The translations under genes and the position numbers were made by a program. This document shows, one piece after another, positions 40,489 through 52,401 of a stretch of DNA of 64,000 bases (positions are counted from its first letter, which is position 1; the number at the start of each line of letters is the position of its first letter). The DNA is from Elsinoe ampelina (lineage: Eukaryota). The notes under the pieces were generated by a model. It had not been told where the DNA came from. It saw nothing but the letters and a program-made list of their open reading frames with translations, and ran no database searches. The stretch lies in the NCBI GenBank assembly GCA_010093995.1, contig ML992510.1, positions 447,504 to 511,503 of the forward strand. Reading direction: 5' to 3'.

Positions 40489-41005
40489 GATGAGAGCCTG
40501 AGACCAATTGAAAGATCTGGCAGGATGGAATGAACGTGAAAAGGACAAGTCTGAAAGGACACGGGGACGAGCTCCAATTGGAAGGGTCTCGAGGGGGTCC
40601 TTGGAGAGTGGTCTGTGCAGTGCGAGAGGTTACTATAGCTCTGGCGAATGCTCACTTGCTGAACCGACTGAAAGACAAGTTGCTCCAGACACCAGAAAGA
40701 TCTATACATTGAACATTGGCACTACGAATGCGACATTTACATCTCCATGGCCTATCGACTGCTGAGCTAGCTGCATTGCACAGTCGTGGAGTACGCCAAA
40801 TCCCCAAGTCGGGGGACTGGCCGAGTCATGCTCATCCCGAGTCATGTATAATCCGTGTCAGCTGATCATTTTGTTCTCCAGCTCGATACCCGAGCCATCA
40901 ATGGGACATCGCGCATGATTCTTACGCTTCTACCGCCCCAGCCTTGCCTCACACTGCCGAAAACTGCATCTCTAGGACATATAGACCCGTTTGCAAGCTA
41001 CAAAT

Positions 41006-41519
41006 ATGGTGGTATGATCCATCTTCCTGGAACTCGTAGATCGCGTTCTGACTCTCGTGCAGTTTCTATTTGGCAACAACTTTCCCGAATGGACGCTCGT
41101 AAAGGTGCTCAATATGAGCTCTATGTCGCTTCTTCCTGGCTAACACCCGTCAGCGCGCCCTACAGTCTTTTTACGGCGTCGGCCCCAAGGTTTCTGAAGG
41201 TCTCATGGCTCGCTTTCACATCCACAAGCGGCAGCGAATCGGAGCTCTAGGGGACGGACAGATCAACGGGCTGGCAGCAGATCTCACGGGCATGACGATA
41301 GACAATGATCTCAAACGACAAGTTGTAGGCAATATCAAGAGACTGCGGGACATGGGTTCATACCGAGGGAAACGACACGCTATGAACCTTCCGGTTCGAG
41401 GCCAGAACACAAGGACACAGGTATGGGTCACCACAATAGGCGTTCTATGCAAATCTGTTGACATCTCGACACAGATCAAAACGGCAAAGAAATTGAACCG
41501 CATCGACAGAAGGAGTTGA
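41006..41519 (+). CDS. SWS2: Mitochondrial small-subunit ribosomal protein uS13m; introns 41,012-41,062, 41,105-41,153, 41,421-41,474
   Basis: Spliced product [58 protein letters not shown]. Confidence 0.93.
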
Positions 41520-42559
41520 TGAGCGCCAGTACCATGTGCTTCAATTGCAAAGATATTGACTGGCCGCACAGTGCCACCTTCCGAGGCGTAACGTGCTTTC
41601 AATTTTCCGGAACCACAGCATCGGTGCAGGGCACAGCAATTGTTCCGAGGTTATCTGTACCTGAATGCGGTACCGAGTCAAGCACGACACACCTAACGAC
41701 GGCTGTCGGTCAAATCTGGGGATATCACTACCACTGAGTCCAAGATGATTGACAGACTCCGGAAAATTACCGTCTATACCCCAAGAACGCGTCAGTACTA
41801 CCTGATGTATGCTTGATGGGCATGACATGCTCGGTCTGGACTCCCCCGAGCGGGAGGAGGTCTCAGGTAGCCAGAAGGGTAGCTAGGTACAAAGTGCAGA
41901 GAGACAGAACAGCAAAGCCAGCCGGCCAAGTGAGAAGCTGAGAGCTGCCAATCCGCTCACTCGAAACGCCCCGCCTGCTCAAAAAGAAGATGCGTGATTT
42001 GCTGGAGGATTGAAACATAAGACAAGACAGCTACTGGGCGCGGCGTGCGTAAAGGCTGGCTGCCGGCTTCTGTCCATCACTGTAGACGAGGCTGAAGCGG
42101 GTTCATCTCGTAGGCGTGAGACCGGCATTCTAATAAAAGCTCCACTTCTGCCCTCCATCCCCATAACTTCCAATCTTCTCCATACCGGCATTCTTCTTAC
42201 AAGACGTGGTTGTTCACCGCATCCGAAGTGGTGCCAATCAAGCGGGGCTAGCTATCTCTCACCAAAAAGCCCCGACCCAGATTTTGGACGCCCGCTTCGC
42301 GCCGGTGGAAATCTTGAGTGGGTCCTAGTCCCAGAGCAAGGTTTCGTCACTGGAGGGGAGCTTCCAATTGCTGGTTGAGCTGTCGGCGGGACAAATTGCT
42401 ATTACTACCACCGTCTCCAGCCTATTTACACCTCCGCGGTCGCTCGACACAGTCACACAGACCTTTTTGCCGGCCAATTGTTGGGTTCCACGCATCCCAG
42501 CTGCTGTCTCGCATAGCACAGGAACACAGAGGCAGCCTTGAGCTCCAATCAAGCTCAAG

Positions 42560-45500
42560 ATGTCGTCTATCGCTGCGGCTAGTAAAGCTGACGTACTGAA
42601 GGGGGAGTATGGTACACCAGATGAACATGGCGAGACACACGGGACAAAGAACACTGTTGAGACCAGATTGAGGGCTCCGGGCTCCATCATGCAATTGAAG
42701 AAGATCCTCGGTACGTTTCTCCGTCTGAACACTGCTATCTATCCACTGACACCCCTCAGTTGCCAATCGAGGTGAAATCCCCATTCGTATCTTCCGTACC
42801 GCACACGAACTCTCCCTCCAGACGGTCGCTGTCTACAGCTACGAGGACCGACTTTCTATGCACAGGCAGAAGGCCGACGAGGCCTATGTCATTGGCAAGC
42901 GAGGCCAGTACACCCCCGTCGGTGCTTATCTCGCTATCGACGAGATTGTCAAGATTGCAAAGCAACATGACGTGAACATGATTCATCCTGGATACGGCTT
43001 CTTGAGTGAGAATGCCGAGTTCGCGAGGAAGGTCGAGGAGGCTGGCATGATCGTGAGTAAATCCTTGTCGACCACGAGCAGTAGCTGACCACCACAGTTC
43101 GTTGGTCCTCGCCCTGAGACTATCAGCGGCCTTGGAGATAAGGTATCGGCCCGTGAGCTTGCCCTCAAGTGCAAGGTCCCAGTCGTCCCTGGTACCGACG
43201 GACCAGTCGAGAGATATGAGGAGGTCAAGAAATTCACCGACGAGCACGGCTTTCCTATCATCATCAAAGCCGCCTTTGGTGGTGGTGGACGTGGTATGCG
43301 AGTGGTCTGGAAACAAGAAGAGCTGAAGGACTCCTTCGAGCGTGCTACATCAGAGGCCAAGTCTGCTTTCGGCAATGGCACCGTCTTCGTCGAACGCTTC
43401 CTCTACCGACCCAAGCACATCGAAGTCCAGCTTCTCGGAGACAACCATGGCAATGTGGTCCATCTTTTCGAGCGAGACTGCAGTGTTCAGCGTCGCCATC
43501 AAAAGGTCGTCGAGCTTGCCCCTGCCAAGGACTTGCCACAGGAAACTCGTGATGCCATCTTGAATGATGCTGTCACGTTGGCCAAGAGCGCCAACTACCG
43601 TAATGCTGGTACGGCAGAGTTCCTAGTCGATCAAGAGAACCGCCACTACTTTATTGAAATTAATCCACGTATCCAAGTGGAGCATACCATCACTGAGGAG
43701 ATCACTGGCATCGATATTGTGGCGGCTCAAATCCAAATTGCGGCTGGTGCATCCCTCGAACAGCTCAATCTTACACAGGACCGGATCAGCACTAGAGGCT
43801 TCGCTATTCAGTGCCGTATCACTACGGAAGACCCGGCAAAGGGCTTCTCGCCGGATACTGGCAAGATCGAGGTGTACCGCTCCGCTGGCGGCAACGGTGT
43901 AAGTAGTCCTGCCAGACCGGCAATTATTTTGTGGTAGTTACACGAGACTAACTACCAGACAGGTACGCCTTGATGGCGGAAACGGATTTGCTGGCGCTGT
44001 CATCACACCCTTTTACGATTCAATGTTGGTCAAGTGCACCTGTCATGGTAGTACTTACGAGATCGCCCGACGAAAGGTTCTCCGTGCCCTCGTCGAGTTC
44101 CGTATCCGTGGTGTCAAGACCAACATCCCTTTCCTCGCCTCACTGCTTACCCATGATACTTTTATCAGTGGAACATGCTGGACCACTTTCATCGATGACA
44201 CCCCCGAACTTTTCTCACTCATCGGCTCTCAAAATCGTGCACAGAAGCTTCTCGGATACCTTGGAGATCTTGCTGTCAATGGCAGTCAGATCAAGGGTCA
44301 AATTGGTGAGCCAAAGTTCAAGGGCGAGATCGTCATGCCATCAATTCACGACAAGTCTGGAAAAACCCTAGATGTGTCTGAGCCCGCTGCAAAGGGATGG
44401 AGGAATATCATTGTCGAGCAAGGACCTGAGGCATTCGCCAAAGCTGTCCGCGGTAACAAGGGCTGCTTGATCATGGACACAACGTGGCGTGATGCCCATC
44501 AATCTCTCCTTGCGACTCGCGTTCGCACAGTCGACATGCTCAACATTGCCAAGGAGACAAGCCACGCTCTCAGCAATGCCTGGGCTCTGGAGTGTTGGGG
44601 AGGTGCCACTTTCGATGTTGCCATGCGCTTCTTGTACGAAGACCCATGGGACAGGCTTAAGAAGATGAGGAAGCTGGTACCCAACATTCCATTCCAGATG
44701 CTCCTTCGTGGTGCCAACGGTGTGGCATATTCGTCACTGCCGGACAACGCCATCTACCACTTCTGCGAGCAAGCAAAGAAGTGCGGTATGGACATTTTCC
44801 GTGTCTTCGATGCTCTCAACGATGTCGAGCAGCTCGAGGTCGGTGTCAAGGCTGTTCTCAAAGCTGGTGGTGTTGCCGAAGGTACTGTCTGTATCTCCGG
44901 TGACATGCTCAACCCGAATAAGAAGTACAATCTGGAGTACTACCTCAAGATTGTGGACCGCATTGTAGCCATGGGCTCGCACATCATTGGATTGAAGGAT
45001 ATGGCAGGCGTGCTCAAGCCTCAAGCAGCGACAAAGTTGGTGGGTGCCATTCGCAAGAAGTACCCTGATGTGCCAATTCACGTACACACTCACGACAGTG
45101 CTGGTACTGGTGTTGCTTCCATGATTGCCTGCGCTCAGGCCGGCGCCGATGCTGTCGATGCTGCCACCGACAGCATGTCAGGCATGACCTCTCAGCCATC
45201 CATCGGAGCTATTGTGGCTTCGCTCGAGGGCACTGAATTCGACACTGGACTTGACACCGCCGCCCTACGAGCTATTGATAGCTACTGGGCTCAGCTTCGT
45301 CTACTCTACTCACCATTCGAGGCTCATCTCACGGGTCCTGACCCAGAAGTCTACGAGCACGAAATTCCTGGTGGTCAGCTCACCAACCTGATCTTCCAGG
45401 CTTCGCAACAAGGTCTCGGTGAGCAGTGGGCACAGACTAAGAAGGCTTACGAAGAGGCGAACGATATCCTTGGTGACATTGTCAAGGTCACTCCTACCTC

Positions 45501-46360
45501 AAAGGTGGTTGGTGATCTTGCACAATTCATGGTTGCCAATGGTCTCTCGCATGACGATGTCATCGAGAAAGCTGGTGAGCTTGACTTCCCGTCGTCAGTG
45601 CTCGAGTTCTTTGAGGGTTTGATGGGCCAACCGTACGGTGGCTTCCCAGAACCACTCCGCTCAAAGGCACTCCGTGGTCGTCGGAAGATGGACAAGCGCC
45701 CTGGTCTCTACCTCGAGCCATTCGACTTTGACGGTATCCGCAAGAAGCTCAAGGATGCCTATGGCGGATGCAGCGAGACTGATGTGGCCTCCTACGCCAT
45801 GTACCCCAAGGTCTTCGAGGACTACAAGAAGTGGACACAGAAGTATGGTGATCTCTCAGTGCTGCCAACACGCTACTTCCTCTCACGTCCGGAGATTGGC
45901 GAGGAGTTCCACGTCGAGCTTGAGAAGGGTAAGGTGCTCATTCTCAAGCTCCTCGCAATTGGTCCGCTCAGCGAGCAGACTGGCCAGAGGGAAGTGTTCT
46001 ACGAGATGAACGGTGAAGTGCGACAGGTCACCGTTGATGACCAGCACGCTGCTGTCGAGAACAAGAGCAGACCAAAGGCCGACGCCAGCGACTCCAGCCA
46101 GGTCGGTGCACCAATGAGTGGTGTGATTGTCGAAATGAGGGTCAAGGATGGCGGTGAGGTCAGCAAGGGTGACCCTATCGCGATTCTCAGTGCCATGAAG
46201 ATGGTGAGTCCGAGTGTATCCTCTGACCTCCATAGCTGTGCTAATTCACTACCAGGAAATGGTCATCTCGGCGCCTCACTCGGGCAAGATTGGCAACTTG
46301 GGTGTCAAGGAGGGCGACTCGGTCGACTCGCAGGATTTGGTCTGCAAGATCGTCAAGTAA
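42560..46360 (+). CDS. PYC: Pyruvate carboxylase; introns 42,711-42,759, 43,053-43,097, 43,899-43,962, 46,204-46,255
   Basis: [69 protein letters not shown], biotin site AMKM. Confidence 0.98.
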
Positions 46361-46621
46361 ACGTGGTTCGAGCGGGAGGTGTTCTGAGTTGTGTGGTCCA
46401 TTTGAATCTTTCCGTAGATGAATCCAATATTGGCAGTACATTGAGAGTCCAGGTGCGTACTCGATATGGATCGGGTTGGTCATCCTCGCTCGCTGCTCGA
46501 AGCCCGAGATGACAAATGGACGCGGAGCTGGGGCCGCATCCACCTCCGATGCTGTATTCTTATACTAATCCTACCAGCGGCTCATCTGAACCGATGTTCT
46601 CCATCAGCTATCCCCTGACGC

Positions 46622-47750
46622 ATGCTAAATCCATCAATACTCTACCGTCGACTGCCTAGATCCACTGCTCTAGTACTACCAGCATCCGTCCTCCCCCGCC
46701 AGATCCTGCCCCACATCCGCCACACCACCATGCCCCGCCCCGCCCCAAGCGACCACACCACCGTCGCCGACTCCGACGGCCGCTTCCGCCGCGCCGACTC
46801 CTCCTTCCGCTCCTTCATCTCCTCCGCGCCCGGCTCCCGCTTCCCCCCCGAAGCCGATCGCTACGTCCTCTACATCAACCTCGGCTGTCCCTGGGCTGCC
46901 CGCGCCAACGCCGTCCGCTCCCTCAAAGGCCTCCAGGACATCATCCAGCTTGTCGTAATGTCCTACGAGCTCACGCCTGAAGGGTGGATCTACAACGGCG
47001 TCGACGGCACCGAGCCAAAAGACCCGTTGTATGGCTTCACGAAGCACAGGGAGTTGTACCTCAAGGCGGACCCGGAGTATAAGGGACGGTACACGGTGCC
47101 GACGCTGTGGGATAGGAAGGAGGAGACGATAGTGAGTAATGAGAGTAGTGAGATTATCAGGATGTTTTACTCTGCTTTTGATGAGCTTTTGCCCGAGGAG
47201 AGGAGGGAGGTGAGTAGGCCTGGGGGAGGGTTGTTGCCGGAGGAGCTCAAGGGGGAGATTGAGAAGTTTAACGAGTGGACGTATCATGATATTAATAATG
47301 GGGTGTATAAGACGGGGTTTGCTACTGCTCAGGAGGCGTATGAGGAGAATCTGGAGACGTTGTTTGCGGGTTTGAGGAGGGTGGAGGAGCAGTTGGCTGA
47401 TGGGAGGAGGTTCTTGTTTGGGGAGCATGTTACGGAGGCAGATATACGGCTGTTTCCTACGATTGTGAGGTTTGATCCGGCGTATCATACGTTGTTCAGG
47501 TGTAATCTTGGGATGATCAGGACGGATTTTCCGCATATTCATGGGTGGTTGAGGAGGGTGTATTGGGACGAGACGGAGGAGACGAGAGGGGCGTTCAGGG
47601 AGACGACGAATTTTGATCATGTGAGTCCGGTGACGCATTCAAGCGACGATTACTGACAGGCAGCAGATCAAGAAGGGGTACACAAGAGCGTCGAAGAATC
47701 CGGTCGTGCCGAAGGGACCACTGCCGCATATCTTGCCAATCAATGTCTAG
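46622..47750 (+). CDS. Glutathionyl-hydroquinone reductase / Xi-omega class GST (Ecm4/Gto-like); intron 47,621-47,666; second ATG at 46,730
   Basis: RYVLYINLGCPWA, YTVPTLWD, IVSNESSEIIRM, INNGVYKTGFA, TEADIRLFPTIVRFD. Confidence 0.93.
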
Positions 47751-47989
47751 GTAAGGAGACGAAATTACTACCAGAGGTAGATGGCATGCAAGTCGTGCCT
47801 ACTCGCAACGACCAGATCCAAGTTCACCAGGTACGGTCCATGGGTGTAGATGCTGCTGCTGCCGGTTTGGTTACTACCAGAATATCAACAGATGGAATCG
47901 TTGAGGCTCACTGCCCGGTTGTCCTTCTTTTCATGTGACATTGACCACTGGCTACGATAGTAATGCCACATGTAAGAGGTCAGCAGCGA

Positions 47990-48700
47990 CCCTACTGCTG
48001 AGCATGACACTACCTACTAGGCCCAACAAATACTACTAGGCTCAGTAAGTACTCCCAGGTTCAGCGATCACGACTAGGGTCAGGTATCTCTATCAGATTC
48101 AGCAAACTCTATCAGCATTTACTACTAGAATCAGCCATTGCTACATGATCAGCCATTGCTACCAGGCTCAGGCATTCCTACTAGTCTCAGTAGTGACTAC
48201 TAGGCTCGGACATTCCTACTAGGCTCGGACATTCCTACTAGGTTCAGCAATTACTACCAGGTTCAGCAATTACTACCAGGTTCAGCAATTACTACCAGGT
48301 NNNNNNNNNNNNNNNNNNNNNNNNNNNNNNNNNNNNNNNNNNNNNNNNNNNNNNNNNNNNAGGTTCAGCAATTACTACCAGGTTCAGCAATTACTACCAG
48401 GTTCAGCAATTACTACCAGGTCTTGCCACTACTGCTAGGGCTAACAAATACTACCGGGGCCATCAATTACGCCATTAATCACTACCAGGGCCATTAACTA
48501 CCACTAGGGTCATTAACTACTACCAGGGCCATTAATTACTACCAGGGCCATTAATCACTACTAGGCTTCGCAATCACTACTAGACTCAGCAATCACTACT
48601 AGGCTCAGCAATCACTACTAGACTCAGCAATCACTACCAGACTTAGCAATCACTACCAGACTCAGCAATCACTACCAGACTCAGCAGGTACTACCAGAAT
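47990..48700. repeat. 19-bp minisatellite array with ACTAC(C/T)AG core; contains a 60-N gap at 48,301-48,360
   Basis: Unit variants GGTTCAGCAATTACTACCA, GGGCCATTAATCACTACCA and GACTCAGCAATCACTACTA occur in blocks. Confidence 0.95.
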
Positions 48701-48774
48701 TTGCCACTCCTACTGTGCGACCTAATCGGGAAAGGGGGGGGGGGCAATATCGCATTCGCGATAATGTGTGGGGT

Positions 48775-49060
48775 CACAGGGTACCCTCTGCCTGCAAAAC
48801 TTGAAGGCAGAGGGTACCCTGTGCGCGCCTATAAGTCACTCGATGGACACGAAATTGCTTGCAGAGGGTACCCCTTAAAGGTCTATTTTGCAGGTAGAGG
48901 GTACCCTGTAAGCGCCTATAAGTCACTCAATGGACACGAAATTGCTCGCAGAGGGTACCCTTTAGAGGTCTATTCTACAGGCAGAGGGTACCCTGTAAGC
49001 GCCTATAAGTCACTCAATGGACACGAAATTGCTCGTAGAGGGTACCCCTTAGAGGTCCCT
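48775..49060. repeat. 87-bp tandem repeat (about 3 units) with seven palindromic AGGGTACCC(T) cores and a left-end hairpin
   Basis: Cores at 48,778, 48,811, 48,865, 48,898, 48,952, 48,985, 49,039 (spacing alternates 33 and 54). Confidence 0.95.
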
Positions 49061-49417
49061 ATCTAAGGCTACAAAATTGAAGAACTCCTTCCTTGTTACT
49101 TTGGCTATACTCGCGTGTATAAGATCAGTTCTACTACATAGACATTGCTATGACCTGAGCAATCTTCACTAGGCTTTTCAGGCTGGTCAAGGTATAGTAA
49201 AGCACGTCGTGTGAGACTCAACGAGAAATACTACGCAAAGGAACCCGGTGCTCGGCCTCAAGTCAACAACAAGCCTGCTGAAGCAGATCCGCGATTTCCT
49301 GGCAAGCTTAGGAAGGCACTCAGGGATGCTGAACGTCGTTTGGGTAAGTCTAGTACCGGGTTGAGTCCGCATACCCACACAGTGTCTGCGCTCTCGCCAC
49401 ATCCGTCAGAACGGAAA

Positions 49418-49595
49418 GGGCCAGCATTCACTACCAGGAGCAGCATTTACTACCAGGGCCAGCATTTACCACCAGGGCCAGCATTTACTACCATGGGCAG
49501 GAATACCCACTAGGTTCAGTAATGACTACCATGCTTAGTGATGACCACTACCAGAATCATTCGTCCCTACCAGGCCCAACAATTACTACCAGATC
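49418..49595. repeat. Second 19-bp ACTACCAG minisatellite array
   Basis: GGGCCAGCATTTACTACCA units, same orientation as the first array. Confidence 0.85.
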
Positions 49596-49830
49596 AGCAA
49601 AATCCCCAGTCCAGACTCGGTCATTGACATGAATTGCAGGATATCTCTGCTTAATCCATTTCAGTGCCGCTGCCACATGCCAATCGAGAGTGTCACGTGC
49701 ACGCTACTACCGCCAGCAAACACACACGTGCCACAGGCAGCCGCTTGGCCAGAGCAGTGAATCAAGTATCACACGCCATTCCGAGATCTCGGTAGGCAAA
49801 CGATGATCGCCAGACTCAGGTCGTCCAACA

Positions 49831-49960
49831 GGAGACTCGCATCAAAGGCCTAAGCAGGGAGAAGGAGGTGCTCCAGCATTGCCTCAATACCATCTGGAGA
49901 CTCGCATCAACGGCCCCGAGCAGGTGAAAGGAGGTGTTGCAGCAGCGCCACGATACTATC
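49831..49960. repeat. 65-bp imperfect tandem duplication
   Basis: GGAGACTCGCATCAA...GGAGGTG at 49,831 and 49,896. Confidence 0.8.
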
Positions 49961-50285
49961 ACGGGTGCCACTGGTAGTTACCAGTACGAACGCCGCGGAC
50001 TAAGGCAGGGACTGCGATGGTGAGACAACGTTAAGCATCGAGGGTGACTACAATTTACGCAGACAGGACTTCGGTGGGCAGGGTCTGCAACAGCGATAAG
50101 GACGTGCGATGCAGAGAGCCTCCGATGACAGTGCATGACGAAGGATATCGTTATGATAGCCAAATCAGTCAGAGAGGAGCACTGCACCGTTTATGCATTA
50201 TGATATGATACAGCTCTACGCCGCAACATTTTGTAGTGCTATCCTCTAGCAGTCATTAGTGCTACACTATGTACTTAAAGTGACT

Positions 50286-51950
50286 CTATTCCAGAAGCGA
50301 CTCTGCTTCATTCATTGATTCGTCTTCTGTCTCCTAAGCATCTGCCTACGCATCGAAATTTCTCTCAGCCGCCCTCAATGATTTCTCCTTTGCGCTGATA
50401 CGTAGCTCACCCGCAAGCTCTTTGTGCCCTTGTTCGATCGACTGTATAACGTTAGTCTAGCATCGAGCTCGGATCTATTACACACACCTTGTGGTATACC
50501 AACTTTGCCGACGGCGAGTCTTCGAAGTACAACGCCAAAGGATACCTAGACATAGTGGGAGGGGTGACAATCAGGATACGAGCGACTTATCTTGTGTTAG
50601 TAGCGGCAAAAATTGTCTCGTATCAAGGATTTGAGCTTAGCATACTTGCTTAGCTTTAGTCAGGGCAAGTCGCTAGTCGGGATCTACCCTTCCTGCTTTC
50701 CCTGCTACCTGTCTTTACCCTTCTGCTTGCCCTTCTGCTTGCCCTTCTACTTGCCCTTCTGCTTGCCCTTCTACTTGCCCTTCTGCTTGTCCTTCTGCTT
50801 GCCGTTCTGCTTGCTCTTCTGCTTGCTCTTCTGCTTGCTCTTCTGCTTGCTCTTCTGCTTGCTCTTCTGCTTGCCCTTGAGTAAATCATTTGGGCTCCTG
50901 CTGTGTTGAACGTGCTCCGAACACACGCTCGAACTCGGCGGAAGTGGCGATGAGATGCCCAGCCAACAAGCGCAGCTGGGGCGCGACCGAGTACCAGCGA
51001 TTTTTGATGTATGTCCCAGAAACTAAAATGACAGCGGCACGCGGGACTGCATTCAGCACATCGAAAGTAGTGCTGGCATCCGAGAGTGCACTGTGCGACT
51101 CGTCAAGTAAGAGGTGGCGGAAAGGTTTGCTGACGAGATTGTAGACAGGAGACAGGAGGACCACTCTTTTGAAGATCCGTCTGACAGTAGCCGAATTCGT
51201 GGTATCGCGGGACTGGTATTTGGCCAGGTTTGCTAGAGCATCGAGCAGTCTCTTATGGTCGGCGAGCAAAGTCTCATATGTCGCTAGCACGAAGTCATAC
51301 TCTCCAGAGATGATGTCGTCTGCTGTCTGCTTGGTGCCCTCGACGTTAAGGATGCGCAGTGGTCTAGTATGGTTAATGGTAGACATGATTGCAGAACGCT
51401 ACTGATCTATCAGTGACTTCGGACAGATGATGAGACTGGCGCATCCAGGCCGAAAGCGGTCCAGCCACATGGCTGCTATCGACTGAATTGTCTTTCCGAG
51501 ACCCATGCTGTCCCCGAGGATGCATCCTCGGAACGGGGAGTCTAGGGATGACAGCATCATTGCGACTGCCTTACATTGGTAGTCGCGGAGGGGGGTGTTG
51601 AAATTAATGTTTTCAGCTTCATCAAGAGGTTCCTGCTCGTGAAATTTGATCTGTTGCTTATTAGATCTCATCTGTCCTCAAACGACCATAGGACTTACGA
51701 TGTGCTCATCCAGATGCTTGAAATATTTGTCTGTATCGCCCGTGAACTCTCCTTGATCGTCACGAAGCAGTATCTTGTCCTCCGGCAATTTCTTCGGCTT
51801 TTTGCGTGGAGTCTCTTCCTTATTTTTGTTCTGCACGCTGGTGTCTTGCACATCGATCATGTCGATATCTGTGTCGCCATTCGAGCGGCCTGTCGGGTAG
51901 GCACGGTCGATCGCCCGACTGAACTGCCGCAAGATATCTGCGCCGCTCAT
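50286..51950 (-). pseudogene. SNF2-family ATPase pseudogene (N-terminal lobe only)
   Basis: LRDYQ, GCILGDSMGLGKT, ICPKSLIDQ* (TAG at the conserved Trp, 51,399-51,401), ATYETL, LLLDESH, VSGTxxxN. Intron 51,651-51,698. Further stop at 50,886. Motifs IV-VI not seen; 3' end approximate. Confidence 0.85.
50718..50878. repeat. 12-bp tandem repeat (C(C/T)CTTCTGCTTG), about 13 copies
   Basis: Reads QAEE/QAEG in the SNF2 frame on the minus strand. Confidence 0.95.
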
Positions 51951-52401
51951 GGTGAATTTGTCTGGTGAATTTGTCGTCTGCGAATGCTGAAGTCTTCGTC
52001 TGCGAGTGATGAAATTGTCGTCTGTAAATGATGGGTGATCAGAGGGGCGACTTTGAATTCGTGAAGCGCTGGCTGTGGAGGTTGATCCCGTGAAAGGCTA
52101 GTGAGCTCCAGAGGAAGTCCTTCGTGAGCGCGAGAATATGTAAAAGGCAAAACTGGCTAAGAGAGACTAATGTGATCGTGAGGTGGAATGCTATGATAAT
52201 CTCAGTCGCAAAATTGACCCAAAAGAATGAAGCTCTGGATCGTGTGAAATGCGATATTCAGCCTTAAGATCCCATTCGCGGATAATTGGAAAGAGGGGAT
52301 GATTCAGAAGAGTTTCTGCAAACAAAGATATGTTAATAGGAGAAGTTGATTGCTGTCACCTTCACATGCTTAGGGTTCAGTACTGTCGTCGTTGCCATAG
52401 T

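Noticed and set aside
46676..47638. 320-aa minus-strand ORF, and similar overlapping ORFs at 53,945-55,025
   Set aside because: Shadow frames of the GST and Tos1-like genes from biased codon use.
48480..48700. CACTAC(T/C)AG resembling CACTA transposon termini
   Set aside because: Occurs as internal tandem units in one orientation; no inverted partner, TSD or transposase found.
48701..49066. 121-aa ORF with RGYP repeats; also a CRISPR-like look
   Set aside because: Non-ATG start; open only because the 87-bp unit is a multiple of three. Spacers repeat, no cas genes, eukaryotic context.
50613..50909. LPFC/ASRR repeat ORFs
   Set aside because: Alternative frames of the 12-bp repeat.
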